Part shown: one piece after another, positions 20,465 through 28,781 of the stretch
Numbering within the stretch: position 1 is the first letter of the stretch
How the letters are laid out: the number at the start of each line of letters is the position of its first letter
Virus record (IMG/VR): IMGVR_UViG_3300032245_001746
Coordinates: 62,001-126,000 of that record
Length of the DNA: 64,000 bases
Direction: 5' to 3' (one strand)
Notes under the pieces: model-generated
What the model was told of the DNA's origin: nothing
The model's input: only the letters and a program-made list of their open reading frames with translations
The model's database searches: none
Position numbers and translations under genes: made by a program

Positions 20465-20479
20465 TGCCGAGGTTTTTTT
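20444..20479 (+). terminator. Strong intrinsic terminator (attenuator) in front of the tRNA array
   Basis: CCTCGGCATC-GCAA-GATGCCGAGG perfect 10-bp stem followed by T7. Confidence 0.9.
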
Positions 20480-20484
20480 GTTTT

Positions 20485-20567
20485 ATAGGTTAAAGAGAAT
20501 CTGGGAATTCTGACGGAAAATAAACCGTTGTCTTTTGACTGTTGTGGTTCGAATCCACATGCCTATA
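20485..20567 (+). pseudogene. Degenerate tRNA (Tyr-like scaffold)
   Basis: Acceptor ATAGGT/GCCTAT, T-arm TGTGG-TTCGAAT-CCACA, but an 8-nt anticodon loop AAAATAAA. Confidence 0.55.
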
Positions 20568-20601
20568 TTTGTTCTTTTAAAATTTAAAATATATTTATTA
20601 T

Positions 20602-20683
20602 GCGTTGATATGGCAAGTGGATAAAGCCGGGTGACTGTAAATCACTTCTTAATTGTTCGGGGGTTCGAATCCCTCTCAACGCA
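20602..20683 (+). tRNA. tRNA-Tyr(GTA)
   Basis: GCGTTGA/TCAACGC; GGTGA-CTGTAAA-TCACT; T-loop TTCGAAT. Confidence 0.9.
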
Positions 20684-20689
20684 CTTTAT

Positions 20690-20776
20690 AGATGGTTTTA
20701 CTATTGGCTAGGTTAACTTAGTTGGAAACTAAGAAGGCGTTAATTCGCTTTACAAGTTCGATTCTTGTACCATCTG
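20690..20776 (+). tRNA. tRNA-Ser(GGA)
   Basis: AGATGGT/ACCATCT, G73; CTTAG-TTGGAAA-CTAAG; long variable arm. Confidence 0.85.
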
Positions 20777-20784
20777 TTTTATTT

Positions 20785-20866
20785 AGAGTCGCTTCAATGT
20801 GGGTATTGGAGAAGTCTGTAAAACTTCTGCCCTATGGGCAAAACAGTTCGATTCTGTACGACTCTA
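20785..20866 (+). tRNA. tRNA-Tyr(GTA)
   Basis: AGAGTCG/CGACTCT; GAAGT-CTGTAAA-ACTTC; variable arm TGCCC/GGGCA. Confidence 0.85.
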
Positions 20867-20880
20867 CTTGTTGTTATTTT

Positions 20881-20970
20881 AGATGGGTAGACCTATTGGT
20901 AGGTCAGATTATTTGCTAAATAATTAGGGCGGGTCAAACCGTCTTGCAAGTTCGATTCTTGTCCCATCTG
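20881..20970 (+). tRNA. tRNA-Ser(GCT)
   Basis: AGATGGG/CCCATCT, G73; ATTAT-TTGCTAA-ATAAT; long variable arm. Confidence 0.88.
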
Positions 20971-20990
20971 CTTGGTTTTTTATTTTATAT

Positions 20991-21081
20991 AGATTGGTAA
21001 CTGGACAGGCGTGCCAGCATTGTTTTGAAAACAATTGGAGCCATTGAGAAATGGCTTGGGATTCGATTTCTCACCTCTCTG
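20991..21081 (+). tRNA. tRNA-Ser(TGA), two acceptor-stem mismatches
   Basis: ATTGT-TTTGAAA-ACAAT; long variable arm; AGATTGG/CCTCTCT, G73. Confidence 0.75.
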
Positions 21082-21101
21082 CTTTGTTTATTTTATAATA
21101 T

Positions 21102-21177
21102 GGACGGTGAGCTAGTGTGGTCATTTAAGCGGAAATTTGAAAGATTTCAGAACTCAGTTCGATTCTGAGACCGTCCA
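21102..21177 (+). tRNA. tRNA-Phe(GAA)
   Basis: GGACGGT/ACCGTCC; GAAAT-TTGAAAG-ATTTC; CTCAG-TTCGATT-CTGAG. Confidence 0.85.
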
Positions 21178-21247
21178 CTTTTAAAGAATTTATAAAATTC
21201 GAACATTATTTTTCTTAAAATTAAATACGCTATTACTGTAATAGTGT

Positions 21248-21964
21248 ATGAGCAAAATAATTTATACAAAAGAAGTGTTAGAAAAAGCAGTAAAAGAAGC
21301 AAGTTACTTAACTGAAGTATTTAAAATACTTAATGCAAGACAAGGAGGAAATACTTATCAAAGAATAAAAATATTAATTAAAGAGTATAAAATAGACACA
21401 TCTCATTTTTTGAATGGAAAATATAAAGGATTTTTAAAATCTGGAATTGCTAATAAAAAATGTCATTTAAAAATCCTTGTAAATGATAAATCTAGAAATA
21501 GAAGAGAAAGTAGTTATTTATTAAAACGTGCATTAATAGAAAGTGGTCGAATTCATGTTTGTGAATGCTGTGGTTTGAAACCTGAATGGAATGGTAAAGA
21601 ATTAACACTTCAAGTTGATCATATAGATGGAAATTGGTTAGATAATAGAAAAGAAAATTTAAGATTTTTATGTCCTAATTGTCATACTCAAACAAAAACA
21701 TTTGGAAATCAAAAGGAACAAAAAAAATGTGAAAATTGTAACATGAAAATAGGAAGAAAATCTCGATGGTGTAAGCGTTGTTTTCCATTATTTGTTTTTA
21801 TAAATAAAAGAAAAGTAAAAGACAGACCAGAATTACATGTATTAAACCAAGAAGTAAAAGAACTTGGGTATGTAGGAACTGGTAGAAAATATGGCGTAAG
21901 TGATAATGCTATTAAAAAATGGATTAAAACAGAAACTAAAAAATTAAATATTACAAATAAATAG
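21248..21964 (+). CDS. HNH homing endonuclease inside the tRNA array
   Basis: CECCG..WNGKELTLQVDHIDGNWLDNRKENLRFLCPNCH; C-terminal HTH (GRKYGVSDNAIKKW). Confidence 0.9.
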   Translation: MSKIIYTKEVLEKAVKEASYLTEVFKILNARQGGNTYQRIKILIKEYKIDTSHFLNGKYKGFLKSGIANKKCHLKILVNDKSRNRRESSYLLKRALIESGRIHVCECCGLKPEWNGKELTLQVDHIDGNWLDNRKENLRFLCPNCHTQTKTFGNQKEQKKCENCNMKIGRKSRWCKRCFPLFVFINKRKVKDRPELHVLNQEVKELGYVGTGRKYGVSDNAIKKWIKTETKKLNITNK

Positions 21965-21982
21965 TAAATATAGTGTTTATAT

Positions 21983-22065
21983 GTTCGCGTGATGAAATTT
22001 GGGATACATGATGGTCTAAGAAGCCATTGCCGTAAGGCTTGCAGGTTTGATTTTTGTCGCGAACA
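21983..22065 (+). tRNA. tRNA-Leu(AAG)
   Basis: GTTCGCG/CGCGAAC; ATGGT-CTAAGAA-GCCAT; variable arm GCC-GTAA-GGC; weak T-arm. Confidence 0.75.
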
Positions 22066-22079
22066 CTTGTTGTTTTTAT

Positions 22080-22154
22080 GCTGTAGTACGCAAATAGGCA
22101 AAGCGGCAATACTTAAAATATTGTGATTCTGTCGTTCGACTCCGATCTACAGTA
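22080..22154 (+). tRNA. tRNA-Leu(TAA), short variable arm, imperfect T-stem
   Basis: GCTGTAG/CTACAGT; CAATA-CTTAAAA-TATTG. Confidence 0.7.
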
Positions 22155-22168
22155 CTTGTTATTTTTAT

Positions 22169-22242
22169 GCTCATGTGATGCAATTGGCAGACATTTCTCG
22201 TTTAAACCGAGGATCTTACAAGTTCAAGTCTTGTCATGAGCA
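22169..22242 (+). tRNA. tRNA-Leu(TAA), short variable arm
   Basis: GCTCATG/CATGAGC; TCTCG-TTTAAAC-CGAGG; ACAAG-TTCAAGT-CTTGT. Confidence 0.8.
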
Positions 22243-22251
22243 CTTTTATAT

Positions 22252-22329
22252 GCTTACGTGATGCAATTTGGTAGACATCTTTCGCTTAAAACGAAAGTTT
22301 TTTTGTAGGTTCGAGTCCTATCGTAAGCA
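22252..22329 (+). tRNA. tRNA-Leu(TAA), short variable arm
   Basis: GCTTACG/CGTAAGC; TTTCG-CTTAAAA-CGAAA; GTAGG-TTCGAGT-CCTAT. Confidence 0.85.
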
Positions 22330-22333
22330 CTAT

Positions 22334-22406
22334 CGGTCAATAACAATGATGGTTCATGTAGTCGTCTGAAGAACGACAAATCCCAGATCGTAACTGGGTT
22401 GACCGG
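22334..22406 (+). tRNA. tRNA-Phe(GAA), atypical T-loop and G73
   Basis: CGGTCAA/TTGACCG; GTCGT-CTGAAGA-ACGAC; CCCAG-ATCGTAA-CTGGG. Confidence 0.7.
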
Positions 22407-22415
22407 CTTTTATAT

Positions 22416-22499
22416 GTCCATGTGGTGAAATTTGGCAGCCACGCCAGCCTAAGAAACTGGTTCCTTAATGGAGTGTAGGTTCAAATCCTATCATGGACA
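22416..22499 (+). tRNA. tRNA-Leu(AAG)
   Basis: GTCCATG/CATGGAC; CCAGC-CTAAGAA-ACTGG; variable arm; GTAGG-TTCAAAT-CCTAT. Confidence 0.8.
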
Positions 22500-22513
22500 C
22501 TTGTTATTTTTAT

Positions 22514-22596
22514 GCCCATGTGATTGAAATTGGTAAACTTGGAAGTTTTAGAAACTTTCGCCTTCGGGCTTGCAGGTTCAACCCCTGTCGTGGGCA
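22514..22596 (+). tRNA. tRNA-Leu(TAG)
   Basis: GCCCATG/CGTGGGC; GAAGT-TTTAGAA-ACTTT; long variable arm. Confidence 0.85.
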
Positions 22597-22616
22597 CTTA
22601 TTATATTATTAAAAAT

Positions 22617-22690
22617 GGCTCAGTAGGCAACGGAAGACCACTTTTACTCAAAATAAAAGATGATTGTGAGTTCGACTCTCACCTGAGTTA
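22617..22690 (+). tRNA. tRNA-Leu(CAA), short variable arm
   Basis: GGCTCAG/CTGAGTT; TTTTA-CTCAAAA-TAAAA; GTGAG-TTCGACT-CTCAC. Confidence 0.8.
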
Positions 22691-22794
22691 CTTATATACA
22701 ATTATACTGTGAACAAATAGCAAATCTTACTAGGTTATTCTAGTGCTCATCAAACGTTGAAATAAATAATCTAAGTTATAATTGTATATTTTTT

Positions 22795-22879
22795 GGATTA
22801 GATTGAAAGCGGCTATTCTACTAAATTTCGAAAATTTAGAACTATTTTTAGTTTGCGAGTTCGACTCTTGCCTAATCCG
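22795..22879 (+). tRNA. tRNA-Ser(CGA)
   Basis: GGATTAG/CTAATCC, G73; TAAAT-TTCGAAA-ATTTA; long variable arm. Confidence 0.8.
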
Positions 22880-22913
22880 TTTTTAAAATTTAAGTTATTA
22901 TAATAAATATATT

Positions 22914-23078
22914 ATGAAAAATTTTAAACAATGGTTACAAGAAAACAATAGATGTTGGACTGGATACGAGCCAGTTCCAGGCAAAAAAGCTTTTTCAAAA
23001 GGATCATGTAGAAAAAAGAAGATCCAAAAAGAGAACTCATTTAATGAATGGTTAAAAAATAAATCATCACTTTTCTAA
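22914..23078 (+). CDS. 54-aa protein with capsid-targeting-like N-terminus and CWxGY...SC motif
   Basis: Manual translation MKNFKQWLQENNRCWTGYEPVPGKKAFSKGSCRKKK...; TAAATA upstream. Confidence 0.7.
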   Translation: MKNFKQWLQENNRCWTGYEPVPGKKAFSKGSCRKKKIQKENSFNEWLKNKSSLF

Positions 23079-23160
23079 AGTGAAAGTTTTTCTAACTTTT
23101 CAATTCAACTTTCTTTGAAGTTACTTATAATCATTTAAATCAAACTAAAGAAAGGCTTAT

Positions 23161-23733
23161 ATGAAAAATTTAAAAGATAAATTTTTAGATTTAAAAGAAA
23201 ATATTAAAAATACTTTAACAATTAAAGAAAAAGAAAAAGAATTAAAATCATTAAATGATAAAAAAAGAGCTGCAAATTTGCTTTATTTGCATGAAGAGTT
23301 GATTAAGTCTTTTAATGAAAAAAAACATTTATATGAAAATATTTTAATTTTAAATTCTTATGTTAAGAATAACCCTTTGGGTTATATTGAACCTAAATTT
23401 ATTTTTACACAAATAGACACAAATTTGAAAGCAGAAGTTGATGTTTTAGTAAATCTTAATTTTAATGACATTCAAATATTTGTGGAAGATATTATATTCT
23501 ATCTTATTGATGATAATAATCAATACAAATATGCAAAAGTTAGATATGATGATACAAGAATGAATTTCTCTGGTCAGTTAGGATGGGGAAAAAACTATTC
23601 TTCTAGTCAACCTATAGCTTTTAATAAAATTGAATCTGATAAAATAACTTGGATCAATTCAACAGATGAATTAACAGATAATTTACTTGATGAAGTCTTA
23701 AATAAAATTAAAAAAGATGCTAATTTAATTTAA
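23161..23733 (+). CDS. Hypothetical protein
   Basis: 190-aa ORF with AAGG RBS. Confidence 0.65.
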   Translation: MKNLKDKFLDLKENIKNTLTIKEKEKELKSLNDKKRAANLLYLHEELIKSFNEKKHLYENILILNSYVKNNPLGYIEPKFIFTQIDTNLKAEVDVLVNLNFNDIQIFVEDIIFYLIDDNNQYKYAKVRYDDTRMNFSGQLGWGKNYSSSQPIAFNKIESDKITWINSTDELTDNLLDEVLNKIKKDANLI

Positions 23734-24340
23734 TATATTTTTCCCAAATTTTATTACTTAATCTTACTCTAGAGTCATTTTCGTTCCATCCTAAATCAGC
23801 ATAAGGTATAACAAATCCATAACTTAAATGAATTTTACTTTTATCAGATTTATCCATCCAGTGTTGATAAAAATTAGCTTCAAAACAATATAAATCAAAC
23901 TTTTCAATAAGTAATTTTTCTTTATCTATGTAAATGTAATCTAAATCTGGACCATCAACAGATATGTTACATTTATAAGTAATATATCCTGGCAATCCCA
24001 CATCATAATGTTTTTTAACTTCGCCACCACTTCCTAGATAAATATATTGAAAAAACATATTTTCTTTATTAAGATTGATTTTTTTAGCTATTCTGTCAGC
24101 TATATTTATAAAAATTTCAGAAACATAATCTATTTGTGTAGTATCACCTTGATGTTTAGATATTTCTTTAGAAATATTTGATTTTGTAATATCATAAAGA
24201 AAAGTCCATCCGTTTGATGCTTCATTTAAAGCTTTAACATTTTTATTTTCAATTTCTGTTTTTGTTTTAATAAAAGATTTGGAAAAATCTATAATTTCTT
24301 TTGCTTCATCTGTGGTAATAAAATTATTTATTGTCTTCAT
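23720..24340 (-). CDS. 2OG-Fe(II) oxygenase-like protein
   Basis: INNFIT..E N-terminus, GGEVKKHYD, YKCNI, YQHW. Confidence 0.65.
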   Translation of the reverse strand: MKTINNFITTDEAKEIIDFSKSFIKTKTEIENKNVKALNEASNGWTFLYDITKSNISKEISKHQGDTTQIDYVSEIFINIADRIAKKINLNKENMFFQYIYLGSGGEVKKHYDVGLPGYITYKCNISVDGPDLDYIYIDKEKLLIEKFDLYCFEANFYQHWMDKSDKSKIHLSYGFVIPYADLGWNENDSRVRLSNKIWEKYIKLN

Positions 24341-24342
24341 GT

Positions 24343-24615
24343 TTAACCTTTAATTAATGATAATTTAAATTTTTTTAAAAAACTTCTAGGATTTGTAACT
24401 TCTATTTCTGTAAATTCTTGAATAGATTTCAACTTATCTATCATTTCTTGGCTTGCATCAAACGTACAAAACCAATGAGTAATAGGCTTCTCGCCAGTTT
24501 CAGACAATCCTATTCCTAAAATTTGATAATGATTTGCAAATTTTTCAATTTTTTGTCTTGCTTTTTCTCTTACAACTTCAATGTTTTCATTTTTTGCTAA
24601 TATACAAACTTGCAT
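24343..24615 (-). CDS. 90-aa hypothetical protein; paralog of 16963-17235
   Basis: Near-identical core; AGGAG RBS. Confidence 0.8.
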   Translation of the reverse strand: MQVCILAKNENIEVVREKARQKIEKFANHYQILGIGLSETGEKPITHWFCTFDASQEMIDKLKSIQEFTEIEVTNPRSFLKKFKLSLIKG

Positions 24616-24627
24616 TATTTCTCCTTT

Positions 24628-27558
24628 TTAATCCCAAGTATAATAAGTCCATTTACTAATTGGATTTTTATAACGCATTCTTAATTTAAAGTTAGATGTT
24701 GGTTTATCTACAATAACCCACCACCATTCTGTATCTTGTTGTATTACTTCTAATACATTAACGTTTTCCCAACCTATATAACTTTGATCAGCGTTTCCAT
24801 CAGAATTCCATTGAACTTCTAAATTTTCTTTATTTGGCTCTTCACTTGTTGGTCCAACTTCTATAAGAGTTGTTGTTTCATCATAACTCCAATACCATGC
24901 ACCTTCAGGACGTTCTTTTCCAAATAGTTCAGCAACAAGTCCACCAACAATTTTAAACGTTCTAATACTAGTTGCGTAAATTATATTAAATTCGTCAGGT
25001 TGTAAATTATCAATAACTGCTAGTGTATAATTTTGATTTCCATCATAAGAAATAATATACAAATCATTTCCTACTGCTGCCATACTTTTTGTTGAATAAT
25101 GATTTATTGAATTATTATCAACCCAAACTATTGGTCCCTTTTTATCTTGTACTTCATTTATAATTTCTCCAGTATTTGGGTCTAATTCTGCTATATTTGC
25201 AACACTATCATAACCTGCATACAATCTGTTTTCAATGAAAGCTAGTGATGAGCAATCATAAAAATGCCATGCATTATTTAAGTAATTTATTACACCATTT
25301 TTATTAATAGAATAAAATCCTCCATTATTTCCAACAATTAAAAAAGAATTGTTATTTTTATAAACCATACATCTAGGATTTTGTAATCCTGGTCTATTTC
25401 CAACAGGAAAATTTTGTTCTCCATTATTTTGATCAACAAATAGATAAATATTTTCTATATTTGATGTTATTTGATTTACATTCGCATTTAATGCCGATAA
25501 AGCATCAGATGCAGTATTAGAATTAAATATAACCGACAAGAAACTATTTCCAATTATTTGTGCCAAATTTTCTGAAACTTCAGATCCATCATAAGGAGAA
25601 AAAGTTGAAAACAATAAATAATAGATATGATTAGTATTTTCTAAGCCTGATATTTCATGAAAATCTTGATTTGTATCTGCAACTATATTTGATAATATAC
25701 CTGTTCTGGTTGGAACAATAATAAGATGGTTTACTGATGAACTATTTGTTCCATATGTTTTTTTAAAATAACCAGTATATCCACCATTTAGTGAAATTGA
25801 ATGTTGATTCACAATTCCATTACCATCTGCTCCCAAATCACCAGATATGGTAAAACTATTAATATTAATATTTTTAGCCACCATAACAAATAAACCTGAA
25901 TACATATTTGTAAAATATTCTGAATTTTCTCCAAAATATAAAGTTCCATCTGCTACAACTCCATCAGCAATCTCTGTAAATTCACTACTTTCTTGTTGAG
26001 TATGAGTATATTGTATAAATCCATTTTCGATAATGTTGGTATTTAAAAAATTACCAGTATCAAACATATTATTTCCACCATCACTTATATAAGAAGTAGT
26101 AGAATGTAAAACTCCTTTTATATACACATCACCCGAAATGTTTATTTGTGTTATTTCTAATGTATTTGGGTTGAATTTTTCAAAATTCAATTCCATTTGA
26201 TCTTCTATATCTAATTCTTGGTCATAACCTTCTACTCTCATTGAAGCATGATAAATATTTCTATCAATAGGATTAAATGCAATACATGGATATCTTTCTC
26301 TATTACAACACATACTTGTATTTATTATTTCATTTCCCACTTGACCAGAGTCACTTAAAAAGTATAAAGTGTTATTTTGAATATTTTGAACAATTAATTT
26401 TGATTCTCCATTTACTATTGCTGATGAAATTAGATTATATCCATCAGATAATGTTGAAATAAATGAAACATTTTCTTGAACAAGATCTATAGTAATTAAA
26501 ATAAGACCATCATATTCTTCTGGCTCAACGGCACTTAAAATCGCATAAAATAAGCCATTATAATATTCTAAGCTATGTATATCGGTTAGAGTATATTGAT
26601 TTATAGTAGAGTTAGCCCAATGAAGAGTTGTACGATCTCCGTTTGATGTATCAACTTCATATAAACCAATAGTTCCATTATCATTATAAAGAGTGAAATA
26701 AGCTTCGTTGTTGCTAGTAAAACCTTTATTTGAAGTATTATTATTTGAACTAAGTCTTGTAACTGTTCCATTTGTTTCTAATTGAAAAAACCCACAATTA
26801 GAACTTACAAAAAAATTATTATTTTGTAAGTTAAAACACATTGAGGCACCGTTACATAAAGTATATTCACCAGAATAGTTTAATGGAATTGGATTTACTT
26901 GATTTGTTATTAAATTAATATGTTCAAATTCAATTCCAGAATAATCATCTCTCGTACGATAAACAAGTCTATAAATTGAGCTAATATTAGCTGGGACAGA
27001 GCCTAAAGCATATTCATCTTCAAATACATTTTCTTCTAAAAATGTTATTATTTTATTAGGTGTAAAATCTTGGTTTTCTGAATTAAAATTATATAATGTA
27101 TTACCTTTTAAATCAGGTAATCCAGTGCCAGATAATCCATATAAAGTAAAATCAATTAATTCCCAAGTAGTTATTGATGCTGTTGTATAATTTTTTGAAA
27201 ATCTATCATTATTATCTATAAATCTGACTTTAACTTCTATTGTAGAATTAGGTTGTAAATCATAAATAATAGTATTTTGATTTTTTTCAATTATACTTAC
27301 ATTCCATTCGCCTTCTGATAATTTAATAGATATTTCAGTAAAATATGATAAATTATTTATCCAAGAAATAATTAAACCTAAATTTTCAAATTCTAAATTT
27401 AATCCTGTAACATCTGGAATATCATCAACTAATTTGATTACATTTGTTATTGGGTATAATTTATAAGTACAAACAGTTATAACTGGTATCCATGCATCTT
27501 TACGATAAATCCAAGTTATATTTCTAACTATTTTATTATCTTTGCACTTAAAAGTCAT
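24628..27558 (-). CDS. Large beta-rich protein; paralog of 13571-16909
   Basis: Collinear similarity from N- to C-terminus. Confidence 0.6.
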   Translation of the reverse strand: MTFKCKDNKIVRNITWIYRKDAWIPVITVCTYKLYPITNVIKLVDDIPDVTGLNLEFENLGLIISWINNLSYFTEISIKLSEGEWNVSIIEKNQNTIIYDLQPNSTIEVKVRFIDNNDRFSKNYTTASITTWELIDFTLYGLSGTGLPDLKGNTLYNFNSENQDFTPNKIITFLEENVFEDEYALGSVPANISSIYRLVYRTRDDYSGIEFEHINLITNQVNPIPLNYSGEYTLCNGASMCFNLQNNNFFVSSNCGFFQLETNGTVTRLSSNNNTSNKGFTSNNEAYFTLYNDNGTIGLYEVDTSNGDRTTLHWANSTINQYTLTDIHSLEYYNGLFYAILSAVEPEEYDGLILITIDLVQENVSFISTLSDGYNLISSAIVNGESKLIVQNIQNNTLYFLSDSGQVGNEIINTSMCCNRERYPCIAFNPIDRNIYHASMRVEGYDQELDIEDQMELNFEKFNPNTLEITQINISGDVYIKGVLHSTTSYISDGGNNMFDTGNFLNTNIIENGFIQYTHTQQESSEFTEIADGVVADGTLYFGENSEYFTNMYSGLFVMVAKNININSFTISGDLGADGNGIVNQHSISLNGGYTGYFKKTYGTNSSSVNHLIIVPTRTGILSNIVADTNQDFHEISGLENTNHIYYLLFSTFSPYDGSEVSENLAQIIGNSFLSVIFNSNTASDALSALNANVNQITSNIENIYLFVDQNNGEQNFPVGNRPGLQNPRCMVYKNNNSFLIVGNNGGFYSINKNGVINYLNNAWHFYDCSSLAFIENRLYAGYDSVANIAELDPNTGEIINEVQDKKGPIVWVDNNSINHYSTKSMAAVGNDLYIISYDGNQNYTLAVIDNLQPDEFNIIYATSIRTFKIVGGLVAELFGKERPEGAWYWSYDETTTLIEVGPTSEEPNKENLEVQWNSDGNADQSYIGWENVNVLEVIQQDTEWWWVIVDKPTSNFKLRMRYKNPISKWTYYTWD

Positions 27559-27688
27559 TAATTAATCCTTTTATTAGATTTGTATGTTTTAATTATATAT
27601 TAAAAACAAATAATTTTAAAAAACATCTTTATCATAATAATTAATAAACTTATACTATTTTTAAAGCAGTTTAAACAGGTAATTTATA

Positions 27689-28111
27689 ATGAAAAAAATT
27701 TCTTTTGATTTTGATGACACACTCGCTAATAGTATTAGTGTCCCATATTTTGGATTGGATGGCGAAATATATTATTCTGAATTACATTTTCCTATTGAAA
27801 AAATATTTAAATTTCTTAAAAAATGTCATGACAAGAATCATGATTGTATCATATTAACAGCTAGAGAAGAAAATGATAAAAATATTAATATAATTAATAA
27901 ATTTTTAAAAGATTATGGTGCATTTGATATGATTAGTAAGGTTTATTTTACTAATCATAAATATAAAGGTGATTTTATTAAAAAACATAATATTAATATA
28001 GATCTTCATATTGATGATGATAATGATCATTTAGAATCACTAAGAGAGCATAAAATAAATGGGATTTCATCATTATATGAATCTTGTATTTATGAAAATC
28101 TTGATATATGA
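27689..28111 (+). CDS. HAD-superfamily phosphatase
   Basis: ISFDFDDTL, ILTAR, K, HIDDD. Confidence 0.8.
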   Translation: MKKISFDFDDTLANSISVPYFGLDGEIYYSELHFPIEKIFKFLKKCHDKNHDCIILTAREENDKNINIINKFLKDYGAFDMISKVYFTNHKYKGDFIKKHNINIDLHIDDDNDHLESLREHKINGISSLYESCIYENLDI

Positions 28112-28199
28112 TAATTAAAGTTTACAACAAGCATTATATTTATTTTAATAAAATTTGTAAAAATTTATAAAAATATGTAAAAACATACTATATAAAGTA

Positions 28200-28781
28200 A
28201 TGAATAAAATTAAATTGTCAACCTATGCTAAAAGAAATAATCTGTGCTATCGCACTGCATATAATTACTTTCACTCCGGAACACTTAAAGGCGAACAACT
28301 TGAATCTGGTACTATCCTAGTTTATGATGATCAAAAAGATAAATCAAAAATTGAAAAAGTTGCAATTTATTGCAGAGAATCAACCTCTGAAAATTCTAGC
28401 TCTTTAAATAACCAAATTCAAAGAGTATCTGATTTTTGTACTGCAAAAGGTTGGATTATACACAAAATTATAAAAGAAATCGGAAGCGGACTAAATGATA
28501 AAAGACCAAAATTTTTATCATTATTAGAAGATACTTCAATAACAAAAATTGTTGTAGAACACAATGATAGATTTTGTAGATTTGGAATAGAACCAATAAA
28601 AATATTACTCAAATCACAAGGAAGAGAATTAATTATAATTAATGAAGTAACTAATGATAAAGAAGATTTAATTCAAGATTTTGTTTCAATAATAACATCT
28701 TTTTGTGCAAGAATTTATGAACAAAGAAGAACCAAAAAAGCAACTGAAAAACTAATCAAGGAATTAAATGAAATTAGTTGA
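28200..28781 (+). CDS. tnpA: IS607 TnpA serine recombinase
   Basis: N-terminal HTH, AIYCRES, EIGSGLNDKR, DRFCRFG, DFVSIITSFCARIY. Confidence 0.93.
   Translation: MNKIKLSTYAKRNNLCYRTAYNYFHSGTLKGEQLESGTILVYDDQKDKSKIEKVAIYCRESTSENSSSLNNQIQRVSDFCTAKGWIIHKIIKEIGSGLNDKRPKFLSLLEDTSITKIVVEHNDRFCRFGIEPIKILLKSQGRELIIINEVTNDKEDLIQDFVSIITSFCARIYEQRRTKKATEKLIKELNEIS

Noticed and set aside
20722-22712. ORFs 20722-20919, 21709-22101 and 22524-22712
   Set aside because: Overlap well-formed tRNA genes or are antisense to the HNH gene.
22696-22790. Additional tRNA
   Set aside because: Has a closing stem (TACAATTATA/TATAATTGTA) and a small hairpin but no T-arm or 7-nt anticodon loop; at most a decayed remnant.
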